Of a stretch of 64,000 nt of DNA, positions 1-13,083 are shown piece after piece. Source of the DNA: Eledone cirrhosa (Eukaryota). Location: contig OZ024742.1 of the NCBI GenBank assembly GCA_964016885.1, positions 188,418,001 to 188,482,000 on the forward strand. The letters run 5' to 3'. The stretch's first letter is position 1, and each line of letters starts with the position of its first letter. The position numbers and the translations under genes were made by a program. The notes under the pieces are model-generated. The model worked only from the letters and a program-made list of their open reading frames with translations. It had not been told where the DNA came from and searched no databases.

Positions 1-39
1 GTGAAAGCAGCGATTCTTTGCTTAAACTTTAATCTGTTA

Positions 40-45
<6 letters not shown>
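1..45 (+). mobile_element. PLE family B 3' fragment (3' half of hammerhead) running into (TA)n
   Basis: GTGAAAGCAGCGATTCTTTGCTTAAACTTTAATCTG matches copies at 6226, 13002 and, reversed, 5945, 37643, 51513. Confidence 0.75.
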
Positions 46-102
<57 letters not shown>

Positions 103-106
<4 letters not shown>

Positions 107-428
107 GTGGAACACTGGAAGGTAATATCCGTAGTGGTAGAGCACTCAGTCCAAGGGACTTACAAGGCTCCGGACTGATTCATTGTAATTTTATTTTTTA
201 TTTTTTTTATTTATTTTCAACCATAAAACTTTCCGGACTTTCGCAGTTATCTTCCTTACACTCCCCGCACGCAGTCTAGTATTGCCTGTGTGAAGTGACC
301 GAGTTTCTGCGCATGCGCGTTGGTACGGTTGTCCTTCCTGTTCCTATAACCATACACATCCCGAGCTGAAGATTCGCGAAGGTGAAACAATTGTTCTCGG
401 CGTGGTGAACTAACTGTTGTGTAACCAC

Positions 429-433
<5 letters not shown>
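103..433. mobile_element. PLE family C insertion with internal inversion (tail on minus 103-159, body on plus 160-433) in (TA)n
   Basis: Both parts match the collinear minus-strand copy at 45392-45735 but are flipped relative to each other; (TA)n on both sides. Confidence 0.8.
361..400 (+). ncRNA. Minimal type-I hammerhead ribozyme motif (family C)
   Basis: CCGAG-CUGAAGA-[stem II]-GAAAC-AAUU-GUU^CUCGG; stem I CCGAG/CUCGG, palindromic loop 3. Confidence 0.8.
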
Positions 434-462
<29 letters not shown>

Positions 463-502
463 CTATATGTTTATACATATATACATATTTATCTCTCTCT
501 AC

Positions 503-534
<32 letters not shown>

Positions 535-540
<6 letters not shown>

Positions 541-703
541 AATGGCTTCCACAGGACTAGAACTGTTTCATTCGAAGGAAATCATCTGATTTCCTACATT
601 AAAACAGATGTAGTCCTGTAGAAGTCATTTCTATATAAAATATGTATACTCTGCTATGTATTGACTACCTTACTTACTGTGGTTTCCCCGATTGAACCCC
701 CGA
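535..703. mobile_element. Degenerate PLE family A foldback with tail
   Basis: Imperfect inverted repeat of ACAGGACTAGAACTGTTT; tail matches 29288-29351 and 36532-36594. Confidence 0.7.
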
Positions 704-738
704 TACATACACACACATACACACACACACACACACAC

Positions 739-787
<49 letters not shown>

Positions 788-1989
788 GCGCATACACTCA
801 CCTACGCATACACACACACATATATATATATATATATGTGTGTGTATATGTCCAACTAAAAGGTGATAGACCGAGAGAATAAAATGTTTGAATACTTATG
901 TTTGGTAAAATTGTTATGATGCCGGAGTTAATGATGATGATGATGATGATATTGATCGCGGTGGTGGTGATGATGATGATGGTGATGATGATGATGATGA
1001 TGGAAGTGAAAGTGATAGATTGTTTATTTGTAAAAATGTTCGTATGGTTGAATTGAATGTTTGCATGTCAGATTATTAGTATTTGTGTTGTGATGGTGAT
1101 GGTAATGGCGATAACGATGTTGATAATGTATTTAGTTTGAAATGTGTGTATCGTTTGAATGCTAGCATACGTTCTTACGAACACAACCCACTCTTGTTAA
1201 TTGATTTCAATGAAACGCTATTAATATTGCTACCGGGACTAATGTCACAACCACCAGCACACCATATGGAACTTGCTTGAAATAACATTTCTAAATATAT
1301 ATATATATCAAATTCACTTCGTATCGGTTAATCGAGGCGTCTATTTCCCTCCAAGCCAGCAAATATTTGTTTTGTCGATCAAGCTAGAGTGGTGTGTAGC
1401 AACCAACTATTCACTATGTTATACAACTAACTACTAACACACCTCCAGTTTAATAATATCTTAGATAATTAGTCTGGGATTACACATCGATATTTATAAT
1501 AATGTATTAATTTGATTGACACGCGGTCATTGTCCTTTTTTTGTTTTTTGTTTTAGGTATGTAAAGGGCAGATTCTAACTGCAATTATCCACTGGTATAA
1601 TTTTTTCCGACAAAGGCGAAATCCTAACGTAGATCTGTATAACAGATTACTGTATATCTTTATATATATATAGGTATTTATAAAGGCAGTGACTCCGAAG
1701 TTAGAGGATTGCCTTCACAAAGATGAGATTACGAGCTCGATTTCCGGACAAGAAAATGCGTTGTTTCCTTCATCAAGACTGGTTATTTTACGTGTTTCTA
1801 CTTCTCTCATTTGCCGAGATTTAAATGGAAAGTATCAACGTACTCAATACAGTACGAGAATATATATTAGTTTGACGTTCTATATAGTAAGAAAACTCTT
1901 AATATTTCGGTACTTTTTCCTTCATCATAAAATAAAATAATAAATAAAACAAAAATAGAAAGATAGATGAGGAGGAAAGGGGGAAGTAA

Positions 1990-2790
1990 CTGAAAAAAAA
2001 CGAACACCTGAAAATGATATCTGTGTGGATATGTTATGTGTATCTCACAAAGCTATAACCAGGGAACACGACATGAAAAATGAGATTTCTCGGAGAATAA
2101 TATCAGGCTGAATAGCGTTAATCTTAGTGAAGGATGTGCTGAAGGAAACGAAACTCTTCAATGCCACTCGCATAAACTTCTTCAATGACATGGTACAATA
2201 TGTAATGCTATATGCAAGTGAAACATGGCGATGATGAAGAAAAAGAAACAGTGGTTAATAATGGCACAAAGAGTCTTGTTAAGGTCGAGACTGGGAATCT
2301 CCTTGAGAGATCACATCCGAAATTAGCAGATCAGGGAAAGAACCGGAGTTAAGGACGTTGGCAGTATCGGTAGAGGGTCGGACGCCATGCTTTCCAGCAT
2401 AGTTACGTCCCTTTACGATCTGAGTTCAAATCCCGCCGAGGTTAACTTTGCCTTTCATCCTTACAGGGTCGATAACATAAAGTACCAGTAATGCACTGGT
2501 GTATTGCTGGCCTTGTGCCTAAAGTAGAAACAGTTATTGCCAAGTACCGTCTGAGCAGACACTGATGGGCTCGATATGTTGCTCTAATGGGCTCGATATG
2601 TGGACCTGTGTAGTTATAGAGTGGTACCGGTGTGAGCGGGAACGACCAATCGGAAGAGGCTCCTACTCAGGTGGATTGGCAATATAAAGAGAATAATTAG
2701 ACGGCAAAGAGAAGAAATGACAGATTAAGAAAGGAATGGATAAAATGTTGTGGCCAGCGGATTCAAAGTGACATTCAACAGTCTGGCTGG
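1990..2790 (+). mobile_element. Decayed RTE-clade LINE 3' fragment, interrupted by a SINE
   Basis: Frame-broken translation gives VMLYASETW (about 2202-2228), LGISLRDHIRN..IRERTGVKDV and VIEWYR..RERPIGR, typical of the RTE ORF C-terminus. Confidence 0.75.
2359..2537 (+). mobile_element. tRNA-derived SINE, type 1 (Nin/Deu-like core)
   Basis: TGGCAGTATCGG A box, GAGTTCAAATCCC B box, GCCTTTCATCCTTACAGGGTCGATAA..AAGTACCAG core; many copies in window. Confidence 0.85.
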
Positions 2791-3555
2791 CCTAGATCAT
2801 AAAGTTCATATATATATACATATATATATAGAAATATTTGAATGGATACAGTTTAGTTGAAAGGAATTTATTGACACGTGTTTCTATAACAGTTACATAA
2901 CCTAAAACAGCTGCTATCTACAGACTTTTAGTTATGCAGACATTCAATATTTCAATGTTATTATTTACTGTCATTTCATCAGAATAATATTACTGAGGAC
3001 CTATTTAGTTTTTATAGAGAATATTTGGAGGGAGGGGTGAAGTTGTTAGAAGAATAGTTGAAGGAGTGGTTTTTCGATAGCAGTGAGAATTCTTGGTGGC
3101 AGTGAGTAATTAGATTCCCATCTGTTGTTTTGACATTTTTTATAGAATATATTATTGGTTATTTTTCTAAGTCTATAGAAGGATTAGAGATAGTAAAGAT
3201 ATGCGTGGTTGGTTTTGTGTTTGCACTTAATTAACATTCAGACTTAAATTTTTCTTTCAAGTGTAAGTATCCTTTCACCCACGCATTCACACACAAATAT
3301 ATTTGCACACCTCTACAAAATACATATACTCACAATTCACGTATTCATACTTACATATATATACACATGCATACACATATATATACACACATGTATTCAT
3401 GTACATACATACGCGCTCATGTGTATACATTTTCATACTCAACTTATCTTTATATACACACGTATAGACACACACATATATACTTACATACTCTAGTCCA
3501 TGTGTACACACATACACATACATACACATCTATATACACATATATACATACACAC

Positions 3556-3635
<80 letters not shown>

Positions 3636-3969
3636 GCACTTTAATACATGAATACACTTACATCTAACTATACACATCAAACCTATATATATATTTACTT
3701 ATTTATATACATTTTCACATATATATATACATACTTATGGACGTTTTTAGACACATTCATTATCGCATATTTGCACCTATTCTCATCAGCATATCTTTCC
3801 ATTATTAGTGTGGTAATTTAAGGTTATTAATATATGTTGAGAAGAGATTGTTTTTATATTTTTCTAACTAGATTAAAGTTTATATAGTTGGGGGATGTCC
3901 CTCTTTTATGTAATATTCGGCTTGTAGTGGGAAAAAAGGGTTTTAGTTCTGTGACGGCATTCTGTATAG

Positions 3970-4254
3970 GCATTCTTACTCAATAAACACCAGAGCCAAA
4001 GAAATGTAACAACTTTAGCAGAAAAAGCCTGGACGCTCAGGGATAGCGATCAAAAGTTTACCCTAAAATGGGAGAAATTAGCTAAAACCCAACGCTTTTC
4101 CAGGAGCCAAAATTTCTGCAAATTGTGTAATCTTGAGATTTATTACATAATCACACACAAGAAGAAACTGCTGAATAACAGAATTGAACGAACATTATTC
4201 TGCCGTCACAGAACTAAAACCCTTTTTTCCCACTACAAGCCGAATATTACATAA
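3970..4254 (+). pseudogene. 5'-truncated C-terminal half of a PLE GIY-YIG endonuclease
   Basis: Stop-free 94 codons, no ATG so absent from the ORF track: ..TTLAEKAWTLRDSDQKFTLKWEKLAK..FCKLCNLEIYYI..LLNNRIE..FCRHRTK; matches the T.L...W.L / W..L / CxLC..E / LN.R.E / CRH pattern of invertebrate PLE endonucleases. Confidence 0.8.
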
Positions 4255-4522
4255 AAGAGGGACATCCCCCAACTATATAAACCTTAATCTAGTTAGAAAA
4301 ATATAAAAACAATCTCTTCTCAACATATATTAATAACCTTAAATTACCACACTAATAATGGAAAGATATGCTGATGAGAATAGGTGCAAATATGCGATAA
4401 TGAATGTGTCTAAAAACGTCCATAAGTATGTATATATATGTGAAAATGTATATAAATAAGTAAATATATATATAGGTTTGATGTGTATAGTTAGATGTAA
4501 GTGTATTCATGTATTAAAGTGC

Positions 4523-4636
<114 letters not shown>

Positions 4637-5204
4637 GTGTGTATGTATATATGTGTATATAGATGTGTATGTATGTGTATGTGTGTACACATGGACTAGA
4701 GTATGTAAGTATATATGTGTGTGTCTATACGTGTGTATATAAAGATAAGTTGAGTATGAAAATATATACACATGATCGCGTATGTATGTACATGAATACA
4801 TGTGTGTATATATATGTGTATGCATGTGTATATATATGTAAGTATGAATATGTGAATTGTGAGTATATGTATTTTGTAGAGGTGTGCAAATATATTTGTG
4901 TGTGAATGCGTGGGTGAAAGGATACTTACACTTGAAAGAAAAATTTAAGTCTGAATGTTAATTAAGTGCAAACACAAAACCAACCACGCATATCTTTACT
5001 ATCTCTAATCCTTCTATAGACTTAGAAAAATAACCAATAATATATTCTATAAAAAATGTCAAAACAACAGATGGGAATCTAATTACTCAGTGCCACCAAG
5101 AATTCTCACTGCTATCGAAAAACCACTCCTTCAACTATTCTTCTAACAACTTCACCCCTCCCTCCTAATATTCTCTATAAAAACTAAATGGGTCCTCAGT
5201 AATA

Positions 5205-5324
5205 TTATTCTGATGAAATGACAGTAAATAATAACATTGAAATATTGAATGTCTGCATAACTAAAAGTTTGTAGATAGCAGCTGTTTTAGGTTATGTAAC
5301 TGTTATAGAAACACGTGTCAATAA
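5205..5324 (+). ncRNA. Hammerhead motif with expanded stem II (family F); mirror copy 2868-2987 (-)
   Basis: UUAUU-CUGAUGA-a-AUGACAGU..about 70 nt..ACUGUUAU-a-GAAAC-ACGU-GUC^AAUAA. Confidence 0.7.
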
Positions 5325-5475
5325 ATTCCTTTCAACTAAACTGTATCCATTCAAATCCTTCTATTTTTCTCCGGATTACTTTTGGATCTGCAACTGAAAC
5401 CGTCGAGCAAACTCTACGTGAACTGATAATCTACTGTGTGTAATATTTATATTACAACACAACGGAAAATACTGT

Positions 5476-5538
<63 letters not shown>

Positions 5539-5797
5539 TGTATGTGTGTGTGTATGTATATACCTCAAAATAGTATGGATCCACACCGTGAATTTACCTC
5601 TGCATACAGCTGACACCAGTGTCACTGCAAGCCGTGTTATCAGTTTGCAATAATACCAACCGGTTTCTCGTCTGACACGCGAAAACCCTGCCCACCTGTT
5701 GACTAACTCATCTGTGTTAGAGTTTACTCAGTGTTAAACGCATATATAAATACCCTTACATCCACAAGGCATGTATCATCTCGTTAACGATGCATGT

Positions 5798-5840
<43 letters not shown>

Positions 5841-5845
<5 letters not shown>

Positions 5846-6278
5846 ATAATAATAAATTTGAAGACTAAAATCCAAAGAGGGCTCGATAAGGATAAATATA
5901 TATCAAATATATACGAACCGTAGAGCAAATATTTATTAAAATAACAGATTAAAGTTTAAGCAAAGAATCGCTGCTTTCACCCTTAACGGGGTCTTCTGAA
6001 ACTAACAAAGTCAATCTGTGAACGCAGAAGTGAATATTTCAAAAAAACGTTTTCACCGCTCCAAATAATGACGTATTATATTCGTTTTTTCCCGTTAATT
6101 GCCAGGTAACGTTTCCACGAAACAAAGTCTCGTCTTCCTGTCTTCCTCCGGTTGCAACGTATTTTGAAACATTTACTTCTGCGTTCACAGATTGACTTTG
6201 TTAGTTTCAGAAGATCCCGTTAAGGGTGAAAGCAGCGATACTTTGCTTAAACTTATATCTGTTGTTTTAATAAATAAA
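5841..6278. mobile_element. PLE family B foldback, tail on left (5841-5930, minus)
   Basis: Arms about 5930-6050 / 6157-6275 are reverse complements; (TA)n flanks. Confidence 0.85.
6203..6253 (+). ncRNA. Variant hammerhead motif (core CAGAAGA, U4A)
   Basis: AGUUU-CAGAAGA-U-CCC-guuaa-GGG-U-GAA-AGCA..UGCU-U^AAACU; all three stems form. Confidence 0.55.
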
Positions 6279-6461
6279 TATATATATATATATATATTTT
6301 TTTTTTCTTTACTAAAGAACTTTTAGCCTGATAATGGGGTTTAGAACCCCCAGATAAATGGAAAAAGAAGAGTATTGACGTACAAAAATACGGTGAAAGC
6401 TCTTCTATTTTCTAATTTCAAACCTGCTCTCTGTTTCAAAACATAATTACTTATATATATA

Positions 6462-6700
6462 ATGTAAAAGATAAAGAGAAATAACAACACAATCGGTGCA
6501 GTATATGGAAGGGATATATTAGGTTAACGCTTGATAGAGCAGGAAGAGTGTCTTAACGTTTCGGACGTTAGTCCTTCATCAGAAGAAAGAATGAGGGACG
6601 GGTGTTTTGTGTACGATTTATTTTTTAGAAAAGTGGATGATGGAGCGCGTCTACCTAAAATGAAAAAAAAACATTTTGTAAAAAGAGCCATACTTGTGCA
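6462..6700 (-). mobile_element. PLE family I 3' end with minimal HHR at 6551-6586
   Basis: Minus strand UCUU-CUGAUGA-A-GGAC-uaac-GUCC-GAAACGUU^AAGA; 3' end matches 27733-27825. Confidence 0.8.
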
Positions 6701-6866
6701 CGTGACTAAGCATGTGTGTGTTTGTGTGTTATTATACGTCCGTTCGAAGCTAAGAAGAATTGTGTGTGTATATGGGAGTATAATAGTGTGTGTGTGCATA
6801 TATATGTGTGAGTGTGTGTGTGCGCGCGTGTGTGTCTGTATGTGTGTGTGCTAGATAGTATCAAAA

Positions 6867-6960
6867 TGTTCTCAGATTAGTTATGTTGAAAATAAAACTA
6901 AGTTTTAACATCATGTCCTTCGAAATAGTCACCTTGCGCAGCGATACACTGGTCCCACAC
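6867..6960 (-). mobile_element. Mariner transposase C-terminal/TIR fragment
   Basis: WDQCIAAQGDYFEG, the typical mariner terminal motif. Confidence 0.7.
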
Positions 6961-6987
6961 TATGATGCACACACGCACATCTCTCTT

Positions 6988-7071
<84 letters not shown>

Positions 7072-8761
7072 TAATATATATAAACACATAACGATAAACA
7101 TCTTTTGTATTAATGTAAAAAAGTACCACAAAAATGTTCTGATACAGATCGACGCTCCCCTAGAATGATGGACGAGATATTCGCCATGGGCTTTTAAGCG
7201 GATACATTAAGGTGACATAGAATACGCCTGCAGAAGTAATTTCTGTATTAGCGGAACAATTTTATTTTTTCAGATTTTAATATATGAGAAATTTTCGGGA
7301 GTTTTTGTCAATTTATTATTTTTTTCCGTCACATTATTGATTAACGTCATGCTATTGACGTCATTTCAGTTTTTTGACACTAGCATATTCTTCATTTGAG
7401 TTATTTAATCGCTATTTTGACATCGGAAAATATTTTCTAAATATTTCATACTAAATTTATTTAAAGTTACGTTTATTTTTTATTTAGCTTCTTTCTCTTT
7501 GTTTGTTTTTCTTCTCAATTCTGAATATATACAAAGTACATAAAATTGCTTTTGAAATATTAAACTGAACATCCATAAGGATTTTGTTTATGATAATTCG
7601 AAATTTTAATCAAGCCTTGTTATATTGAAAGTTTCAATCAGCCTAATTTCTCAACAAGCAAACCACCGCCATCTTCACTACCACCGCCACAGCCACTACG
7701 TTCTCTTCTTCTACATGCTTCATGTGAGTTATTTTATTGCATTTTTTATTTTCTATCTCTTTTAATGACAATTCCCATGTCACAAACTATTTTAAGTTTC
7801 ACTTATGGAGGTTGTAAATTTAATTTGTAAAACGATGTTATAAATAGTGTTAGTTTATTATTGATTATTATCAAAACGTTTATCTGAAATTTTCGGTGTA
7901 TTTATCATCATCATCGTTTTCATCAGCAGCAGAGGCGTTTTTTTTTATTGCGAGATATCGCTAAATTTTGGAGCGCTTTCTGTGTGCCTTGGACTTATGC
8001 AGAATTATGATTTTGTTGCTTTTATGTCTCTGATATCAAATTCAATATGTGTGTATGTGGAGCGTATATTAGAGCTCTTGTCTGTATGTATTACATATTT
8101 CTACTGTCGATATAGTTTATCAGACCGATTTAATTAACTGCTTTACGCCTCAATGGCGTATCCTTATGCCAATGTTAGATAATCAATATGATAGATTTCA
8201 AAAGTGGATGCGTTTGCCTTCTTCTGGGAGAGGGAAAACTGAGAAGGGGCACTAAAAGGAAAGGTTTGGATGTTGATCATCGAATGAGAGTGAGTGGGTG
8301 TGGGTGGGTGGATTATTGGCCAAATCTACAAAATAGTTCTTGAAGCTGTTATCTTTAGTTCTGCAATAAATTCTGAAATATAAATATAAATTGTTATGAA
8401 AAATATGTCTTTTATGTTTCATTCTTTATCAGCTTTACAGAAGGGACAGGTTGTCCAAAACTATTTGAGAAATTCTTATTTATATTGTTAATGATGTTTA
8501 TCAATTGAGTGATGCAGTAAAGTAATAGCGATTTCCTGACAAAAATGACAATATCTCCTATTGAGTTTCGATTTGATACTATTTGCATTAACATTATCTT
8601 TTTACGTCCATGTTTTTCATGCTTGCACAGGTCGAGAAACACTCAGAGATGTTCACGGTATCATTGTACTTAAGCGACTGAGATCTTGTCACACGTGCTG
8701 GTCTTGGATATCATTTGGTAGAAGAAACTGGAAAGATATCCTGTATATATAAATATATAAT

Positions 8762-8941
8762 GATAATAATTGTTTCTACTTTTGGCACAAGGCCAGCAAT
8801 TACCCAGTACATTACTGGTACTTTATTTTATCGACCCCGTAAGGATGAAAGGCAAAGTTAACCTCGGCGGGATTTGAACTCATAATGGCAAGGGCCGTAA
8901 CTCTATGCCTCAAAACATGGCGTCCGACCCTCTACCAATAC
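8762..8941 (-). mobile_element. tRNA-derived SINE type 1
   Basis: Reverse complement of 2359-2537 and 63217-63411. Confidence 0.85.
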
Positions 8942-9029
8942 GAGGTGTCAAAGTATCATCATAATAAATAATAATTTGATTCCTCATTCCTACTTATAAT
9001 CATTAGTATTATCATTATTATTAAACTCT

Positions 9030-9228
9030 AGGGCGGGGGATTGGTAATATCGGTAGAGGGTCGGAGGCCATGCTTTGACGCATAGAGTTACGCCTCTTGC
9101 CATTCTGAGTTCAAATCCCGCCGAGGTTAACTTTGCCTTTCATCCTTACGGGGTCGATAAAATAAAGTACCAGTAATGCACTGGGATAATTGCTGGCCTT
9201 ATGCCAAAAGCAGAAACAATTATTATTA
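9030..9228 (+). mobile_element. tRNA-derived SINE type 1 (head-to-head with 8762-8941)
   Basis: A/B boxes, core, (ATT)n tail. Confidence 0.85.
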
Positions 9229-9365
9229 AAACTACTTATGAAGGAGATTGACTATAGTATAACACCAAATGACTAATATCACGTACTAAACCGGACATAC
9301 GTATGTATCGAATGCTGAAGAGGATGAATAGTTACGTAAAATTACAAGCTAGTAAGCACAATATC

Positions 9366-9540
9366 AGACCCTCCATCTCAACTCACCTTTTGAAAAGCAG
9401 AAGAACTGCGAAACCGGTAAAGGAACCAAATAAATATATATATATTTTTTTAAAATAAGACTTCAGTTGCATTTTCGATTTCATCTCTTTTTCTTTATAC
9501 TTTCACTCGGTTATTTTTCATTTTGTAAAAAAAACCTCAC

Positions 9541-9546
<6 letters not shown>
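9366..9546 (+). mobile_element. PLE family H 3' end with U3:A8 hammerhead at 9386-9423
   Basis: CCUU-UUGAAAA-GCAG-aagaa-CUGC-GAAAC-CG-GUA^AAGG; other copies at 34663, 37471, 46034, 47440, 51660. Confidence 0.75.
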
Positions 9547-9579
<33 letters not shown>

Positions 9580-9584
<5 letters not shown>

Positions 9585-9763
9585 CTGACCCGAATTTTCT
9601 TGGTCGTTTTTTCGGCTGTGCGAATGATTTTAAGCATTATCTCAGTGTGTTGGTATTTAAACGTTAGTTATAGCTCTGGTTTATCCAAACTATTGAGCAC
9701 TTTGCCACACTTTTCGGAGATTGTGTTTCGTTATTTCGTGGGTCGAGATTCCGATTCTCTATA

Positions 9764-9765
<2 letters not shown>
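9580..9765 (+). mobile_element. Probable PLE tail-only fragment between (TA)n tracts
   Basis: Contains bulged hairpin GCTC-TGGTTT-atcc-AAACTA-TT-GAGC at 9673-9698. Confidence 0.5.
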
Positions 9766-9802
<37 letters not shown>

Positions 9803-9804
9803 AT

Positions 9805-10160
9805 ACATTAACAGAGAAAGCTTTCAGCTATACTCTGACTGGCTTCCATCTCACTCAACAAACATTAGGATATACCTTAGTATAATCCCAATTTTACGTT
9901 TGGGGTTCTAACTATATGTATTTTGCAGATAGCCAGTTGTATTATTTTATATGAGACATAATTAAAATACATCTCCCTTTCCAAACAATTGTTTCATTAT
10001 AAGTTTTCTACAAGTTTTGAAAAATGTGTCCAGGTTATGTAGAAGCCTGCACATAGTCCGTAGGAATATATACAGGTGGGCACTTATAAATCATCAGTGG
10101 ATGCCCGTCAAATATCGATATAAAGAAACCTTCTTACCGATATCTAATGTCTTGCGATAT
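9805..10160 (-). mobile_element. PLE family L 3' end with long-stem-II HHR at 9980-10101
   Basis: Minus strand UCCA-CUGAUGA-U-UUAUAAGU..ACUUAUAA-U-GAAAC-AAUU-GUU^UGGA; tail homologous to 24094-24270. Confidence 0.75.
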
Positions 10161-10169
10161 ATATTATAA

Positions 10170-10310
10170 GACAGATTAAAGTTTATTCAAAGAATTGTTG
10201 TTTTCACCCTTAACGGGATCTTCTGAAACTAAAAAATCAATCTGTGGACGCATCGATTCTTTGCTTAAAATATAATCTGTGCTTATGATAAATATTTGCT
10301 CCACGGGTCT
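10170..10310. mobile_element. PLE family B short foldback
   Basis: Minus HHR part 10172-10252 followed by plus-strand 3' part. Confidence 0.7.
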
Positions 10311-10312
10311 TT

Positions 10313-10441
<129 letters not shown>

Positions 10442-11243
10442 CCTTATCAATCCCTCTTCGGACTTTAGTTTTCACATATAAATTTATTACTATACATATA
10501 TGCGTACATAGTTAGGCATACGCACATACACTCACACATACACATCTGTATGTTGTTTTCTGTGTGTCTGGCCGTCCATTTCTTTATTTAATGTTCATGC
10601 CAATTGGAAATGTATAAATGTATGTCACTACAGCACAAAATACACGAACGTTGTGTATATTCACGAGCAGCTCAAAACATATTATTCAGTAACGAATAAA
10701 CTGGATAACTTAATTTGATCTTTCGTGTATAAATAGAGAATATAGTTTCCTTAGAAATAATCCAATAAAATATAAAGTGATAGAAAATTTGAATATGCGA
10801 AGGATTACGATGATGCCTTATTGTAGATTCTAATGTTGCCGCATCTAAGATTTTCTTGAATGGAAATATACAAAATATTGTTAAAATTAAATTAAGATTG
10901 GAAATACATACATAACGTCTGAGAGTTTGTGTACAGAGTAAGTGCAAAGATATATGACTGCATCCACGTATCCCGTTTGTATGAATTTATGTATTTATGA
11001 TTGTATGTATGGATATATTGATGTATATATATATGTGTGTTTATGTCTTATTAGATATATTAATGCATATCTGAACGTTTTTATGTATGCATGTATGTAC
11101 ATACGTTTTGTATATATGAAGTTTTACTGAGCATAAATCTACGTGTTAAGGTCTTGTAAATCTATTTTATACGTACGTGTATAAACACGCCACCGTCATA
11201 CACGCAAACTCCCCCCACCCATTTATATATATATATATATATA

Positions 11244-11628
11244 CGAGGGTAATCCTAAAAGTAAGCTCTCCAAAACGATGGGAACGCAGAGAAACTGTTC
11301 GTACGGCTGTTGGCAACACTGTTGTAATTGGTGCTTCCTTCACTCCCAAACAAGCATGCGGCGCTTCGCTGGGATGCTAAATCTTGACAGTCGTGGAGAA
11401 TGGAGCTCCCGTTGAACGCTACCGCCAAGTGATATTTCGCGCAGTTATTATATAGAGGGCAATCCCAAAAGTAAGATTTCCTTCCGAAGAAAACATGCGT
11501 AAAGATCGGCGGATCACTCTGGATGCTCTCTGCATTTTGGTTCCTGAGGTTTCCCGAAGCACCATCCACAGGATTTTAACGGAAAAGTTGCAATATCGGA
11601 TGGAACCCTTACTTTTGGGATTGCCCGC

Positions 11629-11629
<1 letters not shown>
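11244..11629 (+). mobile_element. Internally deleted mariner (MITE-like) with an extra internal left TIR near 11455
   Basis: TIRs CGAGGGTAATCCTAAAAGTAAG / CTTACTTTTGGGATTGCCCGCG, TA flanks; DRRITLDAL..VSRSTIHRILTEKLQYR is the mariner second HTH. Confidence 0.8.
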
Positions 11630-11663
<34 letters not shown>

Positions 11664-11705
11664 TATATAATCACATATCGACATACATAAGCATGCACAC
11701 AATAT

Positions 11706-11801
<96 letters not shown>

Positions 11802-12712
11802 CTCTCTCCCCCCCTCTCTCTCTCTCTCTACCACCATCTCTATCCCTCTCTACATCCACTATGAAACTTTCACATCATTAGTATCGAGAAGCGATAATTT
11901 CTCATATCATTATTAGCAGTGGTATAGGAACTGGGATCTAAGAGTATATAATTAACCAGTATTCAAAGACACGCTCTGTAATATGTCGGGTTTTGAGAAG
12001 ACGACAGTGAGAACTGGAAAATGAGACATTAAATGAAAGAAAATGAATATAAAATAATGAAGTTAAGTACAGAATCAGTACAGATATATTAAAAATGAAA
12101 CATGCTGAAATTGTAAGATGAGAGGAACAACGAATAATGAAAACATCTAAAAATACACAATGAATATACAAATCACAGCGATAACATCAGACTTCCATTT
12201 AATATTCGGTTAATTTAATTAGTGTTAGCACAACATTGTGTGAATCAGAGAGAAAAACTTTTTATGGAGTCCCTATAAAATATGGTTGTGCATAATGAAT
12301 ATATATTTATTCTCGCTGTCGGTATTTTAAGCTATGATCATAACACAGCTGCCACAACATCAGTGTAAGGTCGACATATACATTTATTTCAGGGACATAT
12401 GTACACCACAGTTAGATTCATATGTAGGTGTTTGTGATATTATAACACTGAAATAACAGCAAAATTAAATGTGTGTTTATTATACATAAGCATATGGTAT
12501 ATACGTCGATATTCTGTATTATCACTGCTATCGGAAGTAATTATTATTGTTCAAATCCCGCTGTGGTTAGCTTTGCATTTCATCCTTACGGGGTCCATAC
12601 AATAAAGTACCAGTAATACACTGGGGTTGATTGAATCGACTTTCAGCTTCGTCCCAGTGGCGTGAATAGGGTTATCGACAACTAAAGACAGCAGTCATGT
12701 CCTTTCAACAGA

Positions 12713-13050
<338 letters not shown>

Positions 13051-13052
13051 TA

Positions 13053-13083
<31 letters not shown>

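Noticed and set aside
5210-5250. Compact HHR using the GAAAUAUUG right after the core
   Set aside because: Would need G at position 17; the long-range fold ending GUC^AAUAA pairs better
6318-6360. HHR-like CUGAUAA-U-GGGGUU..AACCCC-AGAUA
   Set aside because: Two core mismatches, no stem I or III found, single copy
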